This document shows, piece after piece, positions 26,401 through 36,823 of a stretch of 64,000 nt of DNA (its first letter is position 1; each line of letters starts with the position of its first letter). The translations under genes were made by a program, and so were the position numbers. The stretch is from Gonapodya sp. JEL0774. Taxonomy: Eukaryota. Location of the stretch: positions 1 to 64,000 of the forward strand of contig JADIIX010000028.1 of NCBI GenBank assembly GCA_027604505.1, written 5' to 3'. The notes below the pieces were generated by a model. The model had not been told where the DNA came from and did not search any database. It saw only the letters and a program-made list of their open reading frames with translations.

Positions 26401-27076
26401 GCGAGGAATCGTGCAAAAAGACGGAAACGCGTCCCACTGTTGCCGCTGCGTCAGTGGGTGAATTGTGGCATCTGTCCGATCCTCCTCCTTTCGTTCGTCA
26501 ACTGGAAATGGGCACGTACAGATATATAACCCAGTGGGATCGATGAATGGGATTCATACTGTCCCCAATCACTATTCTCAAAGCAAGAATGTTTTGAACA
26601 TGCGCACACGAATCGTCGATCACTTTCGCCAGATTGTCGCGCGAATGCGCCCGAGTATATTTAATATCTACGAAGCATGAGGATGCTGTATAATTATGTA
26701 CATTTACCTTCAAAGCTGTTGCTCCTGCGAGAGATGTTTCTCACGTGCGTCTTGGCTGATGTGTTCTGTTTGCGCGATTGAATGGATTGTCAGACACGGG
26801 CGTGCAGATCAGCCTTTGTACCCCACTTTCGCACACCCAGTTCATTTCATAGGCGGACCATGGCAACGTTCAAACCATGTGCTTTCTAGCAGTCAATCAG
26901 TAGTCCCATGTGGCCACCAGCGGGACGTCGCAGAAGCGGCAAGCGTTGAGCTTTGACTTCACATCGTTGCAAGTGTGATGACTCGTAACCTTAGAGTATC
27001 GCTACAACTATCAAAACCTAGTTCTTTACAATGCATGGAACAGTAAACACCCAGGGTCGTGACCATCCCAGTACTC

Positions 27077-28834
27077 TCACGACGCTTCGCGAAACTTGGA
27101 CCACTCCCACAGCTCCCGGAGCGTCTCTCCATCCACCTTCTCCAGATCAACCTCATATTCTTCTCCATGACCTTCCTCGTCTCCGGCCTTCAGATATCGC
27201 ACCGGCTGTCTGAATCTCGACATGCCACGATCTATAATATCCACTGCAACGCGTACGCTCTCAGCATCGGCGTTGGCGATGACCTGTTGCAGCTTCTTCT
27301 TGTCACTGTAAGGTATGTCGAACTCCAGTTTGGGAACAACGGGAGCTTTCGGTTTGGCCATAGGAGCGTGACGAGGTGGCTGCATGGGACCTTTGGCGAT
27401 AACCGTGTAGACCCCATTCTTGTACAGAAGACGACCTGCTTTCCACTTGACACCACACCGATTACTGAAATAAGAGGTATTCGATGTACAGAGGCAAAGG
27501 AGGGACCAAGTATGCAGTGCGGAGCGGATTCAGTGAGAAGCATCCCACAGAGGGGTCTGGCGTTTCAACATACCACAACGTGTTCCTCCCATTAGGGCCA
27601 GCTCTCCAGAGTGGCGTCTCTGTGGCGGTACAAAACTCGCAAACTCTGCCTTCGTGCTTACCCTTCTTCTTCACATTTCCGTCCTCATCTAGTTCATCCT
27701 CCTCCCCATCCTCGTTTCCTGAAACCTCAGGTTGTGGGGTGGGGCTATCGGCTCGTGGCGCTGCGTAGACAGGTTTCGTAGACACTACAGGATATGGAAA
27801 GGTAGTACCGTTTGCGGTGGGTGGAGGTGCCCCAGAACTGGGTGAGGGAGATCCCCTTGGTTGCCGATTTCTCTTTCGCGATTGTGATTCGCCTGCATAG
27901 TCGGAATACGACTCCGAAACGTCCCTGTCGGATTCGACAGAAGAATGGCCTTCAGGACTCGGCGACCGGGAACGAGAATTGGACGGAGAGCGTGGACGAG
28001 AGCCGACCACGGATGGGGGCTTTGGGGGCGGCCGAGGGGGAAGTGCGGCAACTGAGGATGCAAAAGTTCACATTCAGTGGAGGCGAATTCGAGAGAATTT
28101 GGTATTCAGATCTTGCTCACGTTTAGGTTGGTGGTCCACCGAAACTCCAGGAAGCTTGTGTGAAAGGTGGTTCAATGTTACAGGACAGGCAAACCAGGTG
28201 CGAACGTGACAGCATTCTGCTCTGAAGACTCACATTTGCCACATATTGAGGGAATGCAGACATCGCTAGTTCAATATAGTACTGCTTCACTCGTTGGCCC
28301 ATTGCGTTGACGGGAGTGCCCGGTGGATTGTAGCTGAAGCAGTTGGTGAAGACCTGGGAGAAGGTTTGAGAGACAGAGCAAAAGTGAAGTCAGAGCAGGA
28401 GAATGGTCCCTGTCCTATAATCTTTTCTCCTGTTACAAACTCGGTTTCCCAGGGTCAAGTTTCGGGAAAACATCCAAGTGACGTCTCCTGATTGACAATG
28501 GCACCTACGAACTCACCTGCATAGCGTCCTGATTGAAGCCAAACAGAGAGTAGCTCCTCGCATCCAAATTTTGTTCGATGGTTTGAAAGTCTATGCGGCT
28601 CTAGTCAGTTGTAGGGGAACAACGAAACCGAAATGAGCTGAACCCACCCATGGGATTTTGTATCACGAAATAGTAATCTGGTGCTCCGTCAGCAACGGGA
28701 TCCACCGGTCTAAGAAAATATCGCGAGTCAGGAAACCTCTGAAGGGCGCGGAGGATTGAAAGACAGTTTCGATGATTGCGGTCCGAGAGCAAGGAATGAA
28801 CCGTCTCTGTGTCGGAAACGGCACTAGTCGACAT
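27077..28834 (-). CDS. Bromodomain + GATA zinc finger + ET domain protein
   Basis: Bromo: YFLRPVDPVADGAPDYYFVIQNPM|DFQTIEQNL...|VFTNCFSYNPPGT. GATA: CEFC-TATETPLWRAGPNGRNTL-C|NRCGVKW. ET: IPYSDKKKLQQVI...EYEVDLEKVDGETLRELW. An upstream exon or UTR is possible. Confidence 0.85.
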
Positions 28835-29856
28835 TGCTACGTCAGGTTAGGACAGCCAGAAAGGGATGGAGGCGAGGATCGTGGAAATCGGGGGGACGTA
28901 TTGCCCTTTGGTGGAGAGGTTTGCGGCGCCGTACGAGCGGGAGAGACAGATCGAGCAGACGCCTCGACAGCGATAGAAAAGATTCACCACTAAGGTCACG
29001 TCAAATGCGTGGGGAAAGAACGCTCGGGGATGCGTCCAGAGACTGGCGCCCTTCGATTTTGAAACACGGCAAAAGCCCTGGTGGCAAAAGTTTTGCTGGC
29101 GTTCGATGCGACCGATAATGGGTCGAAATTCACCAGAAAGTGCCAGCAGCTCCGATTTTTCCTGCGTGTCCTGGGCGATTGGTGTTTGCAGTTCGAGTGC
29201 GTTTCTTTCCGCTCTCAATGGAAAAGTGTGGAGTGGGAAGTGGGGGCAACAAGTGCCAGGAAGCAGTGGATGCTCTCTTACGAACCCTGAAAGTGCTTCG
29301 CTCAGAGCTCTTGCCTCAATCGAAGAACACAGTTCGGACTCGCCAAATGAGAGAAGGTATTCTTGTTCGAGAAAACGTCACTTTTATCTGCCCTGAAGCG
29401 AAAGTCGTGTCCTGGCGGACTTTTCCCATTTGCGCTAATTATGTAATGAGTCGTTCTTCACTGCTCCCGTAAACTTTTCAGATTCTGCGAGTATCGACTC
29501 TCTAATAACTGAGGTCTCGCGCCCAAACGACTTCCTCGTCAGCCCAGTGTAACAGTAGAAGTCGCGGCTTTTCTCGTAGTACTGAACATATCAGCGTGGT
29601 ATCAGTGATACGTTTCAGACATTTAAAAAGGGACCAAAACGTGCAAAGCGTTCTTACATTCGATGGCAAGGCAAATGCAAGACGCTGTGTGACATGAAGG
29701 AGTCTCGGTAAAGGGAGGCTGCAATGTGGTGCACAGTCTTTAGATCCACGTCTTATCTGTGCAAAGAAGCGCTTGACGGGAGAAGAAAATGGAATTGTTG
29801 ATTCCAGTCAGTGCTGACGCTCTGTATCAAAGTCTCGTATGGTCGTTCTGCAGTAC

Positions 29857-30386
29857 AATAGTGGGTTTCAAAGTTCGTCCGAATAGAATTCCGAATAGGT
29901 CGTCCGAATAGAAAGGGTTGATTCGGAAGGGTGATTCGGACGCATTCGGACGGGGGGTTTTCAAAGTTCGTGGCCTTCCGAATCGTTGGCACGAGAGTGG
30001 AATCTACTTCACAGCAACTTGATTGCACTTTCACCATGATACCAGGACCCACGAATACTGGGTCAGATCGCAAGCTGCTGGAAGCGAGCTCTGCTGACTA
30101 TCAATACCCGCTCTCCATCGCGCGGTCTCGTGCATCAGTGGCGATTTTAGTAATTTGCATCAGCAATATAGTCTTTCCTCCTCGTATTTTGCTTTCAATC
30201 GAACCCCAATATGGTATGCTGAATATAGATTCGGCCTGCAAAGCGATTCGGACGATTCGGAAGGATTCGGGGACCAAAAGTTGTTGACGAATCCGTCCGA
30301 ATCACCGGAACTGTTTCCGACTGATGTTTTTGATTCGGAAGTCCTCATTCGGTATTCTATTCGGACGAACTTTGAAACCCACTATT
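29857..30386. mobile_element. MITE-like non-autonomous DNA transposon (~530 bp)
   Basis: Perfect 33-bp terminal inverted repeat (29857-29889 vs 30354-30386), extending to 40 bp with one mismatch; clustered subterminal ATTCGGA/TCCGAAT motifs; no coding capacity; intergenic. Confidence 0.75.
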
Positions 30387-30853
30387 TAATACCAGTTCTT
30401 ATGCTCTCCCGAGATACAAATTTGGTTCAACCTGAACCACACTCGAGGTAGATCATCTGATAGTGACAAAAAGCTAACGCTTGGAAGTCACTGATCGTAC
30501 GTCCAACAGTGCCAACAAACGAGACAAACATGTCGAATCGCTCGTGGACACGAATAAAGCGCAGACTGACCCACCCCCTCGCAGACCAATTATTCAAACG
30601 AACAGCATTACCGTGGCGGATCAGCTGTGGTTTCTCCGCTCGGTTTTTATTGGACCGGAAGGTTCAGTCCGCGGCCCGGGTTTCGTGGATGTTCTATGGT
30701 GACCTCGGCACCCGTACCACCAGACACAAATAACCAGCACAGCACTGCCGCAGCACCGCCGATATTAATAGTCTCGCCCCCCCTCGCGTCGTTCGTCGCG
30801 ACGCTTTCACAGCTCTTCTCACCCTGATCGGTGTATTTGACCGCGTCAAGCTC

Positions 30854-32188
30854 ATGCTCAAATCTCTCGCTGAAGGGCTCTTGGGGTCGATCATTTCACG
30901 GGATGCGAAGACCGAGGGGCGAACTGAGTACGTTCAATTGTCAAAATGAAAGTAAGCATGGAGATGTCTGATTGTTTTTACTTCTCATTGCAGCAACCGA
31001 TCGAAGAAACGGGATTACCAGACCGTGCGACTCATTGGTGGGTGTACTGAAACGTCAACTCTGACTCTGACACCTACCTGTCTTGAGGTTGCACTCACCG
31101 ATGCCTGTAGGTGGTGGTGCGCAGGGTATCGTCCACGAATGCGTGCAATTGTCCACGGGCCGGCACGTCGCTGTGAAAAGGGTGAGGAAAGACGGAGGTC
31201 CCGCACTCGGGGCCGCTTATTGTGGCAAGGCGGACGTGCTGCGTGCGTGGCAAAGAGAGTTGGATATTTTGAAGCAGGTGAAGGGGCACCCGAATATCTG
31301 TGGTACGTCTTTGGGATGTGGACTGGTGTGGATGTGGGTTGCACTCGACCTGACCATGTTTGATCCGTCTCCATTCCAGATCTTATCGATTACTTTGAAG
31401 GAAAAAACACAATCTACATGGTCTTCGAACTGTGAGTATTTCAACGTGTTCCGGGATCTCATTTCCAGAAATCGAAGTACAAGGTATCATCTGATCCCCG
31501 ATCTTTGCTTAATTCGCCCTTCATTCGCGATCAAGAATACCCGGTGGAAACTTACGCGACCACCTACAGCATCGAGGTCCCTTATCGGAACGGAGTGCAG
31601 CCGGCGTCATGGCCACCCTGTGCAACGCTGTCGCTTTCTTGCACGCCAACGGCGTGGTGCACAGGGACCTTCGCATGCAAAACGTGTTGCTTCGCAACCC
31701 AGAAGACGAATCGTCGTCGGTGATCGTGGACTTTGGTATCGCGAATGTAGTCCAGCCTGGGGGGAGCTTGACGACCCAGATCGGAGCGCCGTTGTATTCG
31801 GGTGAGTTTTCTAGTGGGCCTGCCGGACTGGTTTCTGTGTATCGCCACGGGTCATGTGCCCAAGATTCTTATTCCCACATTTCCAAAATGTTCAGCTCCT
31901 GAGATCTGGGACGGACAAGGCTACGGCACCGCTTCCGACTGCTTTTGTCTCGGATCCATCGCCCACGAGCTCCTCACCGGCGCGGTTCCAACCTGGGTGA
32001 CCAGCAACAGGGCCCGGAAGCTCAGTCTCTCTCACCCAAAATGGCGCTCACTGGGCGATGAAGCCAAGTCGTTCGTCTCGTCGCTCTTGTGTCTGTCTCC
32101 ACTGACCAGGATGACGGCGGAGGAGGCGATGGAGCATCCGTGGCTGCGAACGTTTGCCCCGGCGTGGGAACTGAAGAGACTGAGGTGA
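30854..32188 (+). CDS. Ser/Thr protein kinase, CAMK-like; multi-exon
   Basis: IG|GGAQGIV, VAVK, RELDIL, HPNI, MVFEL|IPGGNL, HRDLRMQNVLL, DFG, GAPLYS|APE, SDCFCLG, RMTAEEAMEHPWL. Confidence 0.9.
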
Positions 32189-33262
32189 ATAAAAGCGCGG
32201 TCGAACGTGGATCTTTTGATCTCACTTTCGAGTGCATGTTCGAAAATCCCACACAATCTCGTCCAGGGAGTTGAACCACACTGTGACGGACTCCATATCA
32301 AGCAAGTACAGCAGGGCAGAGGAAGAAGACCCTGACATCGAGAAGCCTCCACGATACTCAGAACAAACGTAAGAGCTGAATTCTGAGATGAGCGTTGAAT
32401 CTGTTTTCCAGTACATATTAAGACCTCCACCGGGATTGGGATCATCCCTCGTGACGAGCACTCTTGACTTGTTTGTGCGGTTTTGGGCGAAAAAAGAAGA
32501 GCGTTGGTTGCATTGTAGTATGTTGTATGTATTCATTTGTCGATAATAAAGACGAATTTTAATCCTGCCTTTGGCAGATCGATGAGACAGCGGACTCGAC
32601 GGAGAGCCCCGCCGCCTGGGATGATCGAAGTCGCATCAACGGAAAACCATTGTGGCACTGAATCACGGTCATAGGCATTCAAGACAGCTATCGATAGTGG
32701 ATCGTCCATGTTCTGCGGTTTTCCGAACGAGAAAGAGCGGCGCCAATATCTTCATTCACTGTCCCCGAACGGCTCGCCACTCGCAAGGGCTTCCGCAACC
32801 AACTTTCGCAGCAAATGAGTGAGGGAGAAGTGCATGATGTCCCCATTGTAATGTGCGTATGGATGAACGGTTCGCTTGAAGGGGACCGCGATTTCTGAAT
32901 ACGCTAGAGAGAACGAAAAGGAGTATAGAAGGAAGAAGAACTAAAGGAAGGATTTACAGAGTATAAATACCAGAAACAATGGATATTTTTGTGAATGACT
33001 TTGAGTGTCTCGTGGTGTGTGGTTGTGGCGTGTGAATGGGTTTTTTTGTAGGTCAAGGAGACCAAAGGCGGTGAACAGGAACATCCATCCATCGGACCGG
33101 TGAGGACAGGCGGGAAGAGCGATTCACAGTAGAAACGAGAGAGACGAGTTCTGACTCTGCACCCGCTCCCTTCCCCCCATCACGGACCGTTGGGCCCTGT
33201 TCTGTTTCTCCTTTTGGCAACCCCCAAACCAACTCACCAACTGGAACAGAATTTCTGCAGCC

Positions 33263-35330
33263 ATGCCCGCTTCTGCCGAGTGAGTTGTCAATATTTACAT
33301 CTGACTCCAGTCGATGCTGCGATGGGGGTGGTTTTGGCAGGGTCGTCCTTTGTCGGGAACTGACGGGACCATGGGGGGGTCGGGAATGGGGAGAGCGACA
33401 TGGGGACTGCAACGGCCAACATCACACTTCGTCATGATGCACGAGAGAACTCGGACACTCCCACTGCGGATGTTGCCTGCAATTCCGCGGCTGTTCTCCG
33501 CTGTTCCTGCCACAGTGAATGGTCTCTCCTTCCATTCTCAAAGACCACGCTAACCCACCTTCCTTCCACACTCCCTCCCCCAAGGAAAACCACCGTCCCC
33601 GAGACCATTCTCAAGAAGCGCAAGGCCGCAGAGGCCCTCCAGAAGAAGGTCGCCCTGGACCGCGCAGAGCAGAAGAAGGTGAGCGTTCCAGCTGAATCAA
33701 TCGTACAGTCAAGAGGAGCGCGAAACGCAATGCGTGCGCGTATGGGATCGAGCACGGAACATTGCTGGGGAGACGGATTTCGTGGTGGGAACAAAATGTG
33801 GTCTCCATCCGAAAAGTGGAGACGCGGAGCCCACCGAACATCCCTCCCTCCTCGAAACACCGTCTTTCGGACCTACCCATGCATCCTCTGAAAGTCGATA
33901 CACATGTCGTGTCCGCGTCGATGTGTCGTCGCTGTTGTGGTTTTTCTTTCCTCGGGTGATGACGTTTTACACTACATGGGAAGCTAGTCCTTCGGACGAT
34001 GCTGCACATACCCAAAAATACCATCTTTCGGGACTGACGAGAAAAAGAACTTTTGCAAAGCAGACGGAGCGGCGATCGGGCCGGCGTGGTGTATCCTACT
34101 CGTACCATTTGGCTCCCCTGTCTCCGCACCCCTTCTCGTCCGTCTCTCTCTCACACCGCCTCTCCCTCTCCACGCCACTTAACCCCCCTACCGCGCCCGG
34201 CGAGCCCCCGCGCGCCCCCCCCACCCCCCCCCCCCGATCCCGCCAGCCCCCGGGCACGGCGNNNNNNNNNNCGCGTCATTTTCAAGCGCGCCGAGCAGTA
34301 CGTCAAGGAGTACCGCGCCCAAGAGCGTGAGGAGATCCGCCTCAGACGCCAGGCACGCAACGAGGGTAACTTCTACGTGCCCGCGGAACACAAGCTGGCG
34401 TTTGTGGTCAGGTTGAAGGGGTGAGTTGCACGGGCGTGTCGCGAAGCGGGGTGGCGGGGTGGTGACGGGCAGAGGTGCTGGGGCCTGTGATCGCGAGGAA
34501 AGGGAACCGCAGCCTGCCGCTTGTTTCGTCGAACTTGGGTTTTCCTGTTGTTTCCCGCTCTCTCACCATGTACACCCGCTCACTCACTCCCCCGATCTGC
34601 ACCCACACCCACCCACCCCAAGTATCAACAAAATGGCCCCCAAGCCCCGCAAAGTCCTCCAACTGCTCCGTCTTCTCCAGATCAACAATGGCGTGTTTGT
34701 CAAGCTCAACAAGGCCACGCTCGAGATGCTCCAGTTGGCGAACCCGTATGTGGCGTGGGGGTAAGTAAGGGTTTTGGGAAGGGGGACTGGGCGGTTGGGC
34801 GGTCGGGCGGCTGGGTTGTGTTGCGTGTGGGGAGCGGAAGGCGGTGGACGGCCCCGGTGGAGTTTGGTCGTTTTTGTATTTCTCGATTTTACCCATTTGT
34901 TTTTGAGGTGGTGGGGTGGTGCACTGCCGGTCTCGATTGCTTCTCTGTGTGTCCCTCTGTGAAACTCACCCTTCCTCCTTTGCCCCACACTCTCCCTTAC
35001 ACATCAAGCTACCCCAACGTGAAGACCATCCGCGAGCTGATCTACAAGCGCGGCTACGCCAAGGTGAACAAGCAGCGCACCCCCATTTCCTCGAACCAGG
35101 TTGTGGAATCCGCGCTGGGCACATACGGCATCGTCTCGATCGAGGACCTGGTCCACGAGATCGCCACCGTGGGGCCCCACTTTAAGCAGGCCAGCAACTT
35201 TTTGTGGCCCTTCAAGCTGTCGAACCCCACTGGAGGCTTCCCCGGGAAGAAGGTCAAAAACTTTGTGGAGGGGGGTGAGATGGGGAACAGGGAGTTGTTC
35301 ATCAATGATTTGGTGAGGAAGATGAACTGA
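33263..35330 (+). CDS. RPL7: 60S ribosomal protein L7 (uL30); 5 exons, with an assembly gap next to exon 3
   Basis: [94 protein letters not shown]...LVRKMN*. Confidence 0.97.
33951..34041 (+). ncRNA. Intronic box C/D snoRNA, snR39B/SNORD2-like
   Basis: C box GTGATGA (33956-33962), D box CTGA (34034-34037), terminal stem CTCG/CGAG and internal CTAG...CGATG (D'/C'-like). The guide ACCATCTTTCGGG is complementary to the conserved LSU rRNA sequence CCCGAAAGAUGGU. Confidence 0.85.
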
Positions 35331-36823
35331 AGGGGATGGAGTGGTTGTGGTGTGGGGTGTTTGACTGTGTGTGTGTGTATTGTGATCCGGTGTGTGTGTG
35401 AGATGGTAGATTGTAGATCCACCAACGGTGACTCTGGTGATGTCCGAGTTGGCGGGATGTAGTGGAGGGTCGTGGAGAGGGTGGAAAATGCACATATATT
35501 TTTCGGAGGTCGTGATGAGTTCGTTTTATTATTGGCGTCAAAAAGGTGAATCCAACCTTACGACCAGGGGCCAAGAACTGCCCCCACCCACCCAGCCAAT
35601 GCACGAGAAAGCGACGAAAACTTGAGTGGGATGTTTATCTCATTTTTGAATTGTGTGACGAACCACGATTGTACCGTTTCCGAGAAACCCGAGAACAGAG
35701 GAAAAAAGAAGAAAAGAAGGGAAAAACGAAGAGAAACACACACGAGAAAAATGCAAGCATGGAATAAAAACCGCAACAGCCAAAAATCATCAATATGCGA
35801 CATGGTGTCCTCCGGTCGATCACTCACTCCAATGCATGGCGGTAACGAATCGCACGTTATAGAGTCCTCGAGCTGCTTCACAGTTGGTCCAACGTACCAG
35901 CAGCGTGTTCGTGTACACCACCGAATAGTAATCTACAGGAGAACAAGTATTATCTGCATGTTATAGAGTTCCGTTCTATGGTGCATTCGCCGCACGCCTG
36001 ATGTCCGATTTCGATCACGCCGCCCCGCCCAAGAAAATGGTAAACCGCGTTTACCCACACATCCTTTTGCAACTGCGCCATTGGCAGAAGCTCCACACCA
36101 AAGCGTTAAGGGGCCCGCTTTGCCTTGCCCGATTGCCTGGTACATTGTCCTTCGAACGAACAGTCCCCTGTGTGAGGATCGAGGAGTGGGAGTTGTCTGT
36201 GTGGTCGGTCACTCTGCACGCCTTTCTGGTCAGTTTCCGAACCACGGCGCAGAAACTTCCACCGCTTCTGGTCGAAATTTGATCGTTGTTCGAGACGGAG
36301 ACTCGAATCCTCTGGACTCGGGGATCCCTGGACGTTGGGGTGGTGGTGCTCGAGTAAGTGGTGAGATCGTCATTGTCCTTGTTCGCACACGCAAGAGGAC
36401 GATCTTGGGGCACTTGGAGTGCGAAGACACCCTATGGACGGCTTATTTCGGAACAAGAGCGGAAAGAGTGAAAAGGGGGGAGCCCTCAGTGACCCCAGGG
36501 GTGGGGTGGAAACGTGGACCGATGAAACGGGATCGCGGGGAAAGACCGTTCTTTCCCCTTACGCGGACACGATTGCGCACCGAAGTCGCTGCCACTCGGA
36601 TGGTTTTCAGTGTGCGCTATGCGCTTCCCCCATTTGTGTTGGTTGTGGCCTTGTTTCCCACGATGGCACAACCGCGAATCTCCCAACCGGCCGCGCTCGC
36701 TCGTAAAGCTCAGCACGGTTTTGCTCTTGTAGCTACCAAATCTACTTTACTGAAGCTTTCTTCCGCAATCGCACAGCCGGCTCGTCATCCCATTCCGTCC
36801 AACATAACCCCTTCCTTCAAAAC

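Noticed and set aside
35506..35570. GTGATGA C-box-like motif with flanking GGTCGT/ACGACC stem downstream of RPL7
   Set aside because: No D box (CTGA) or recognisable rRNA guide.
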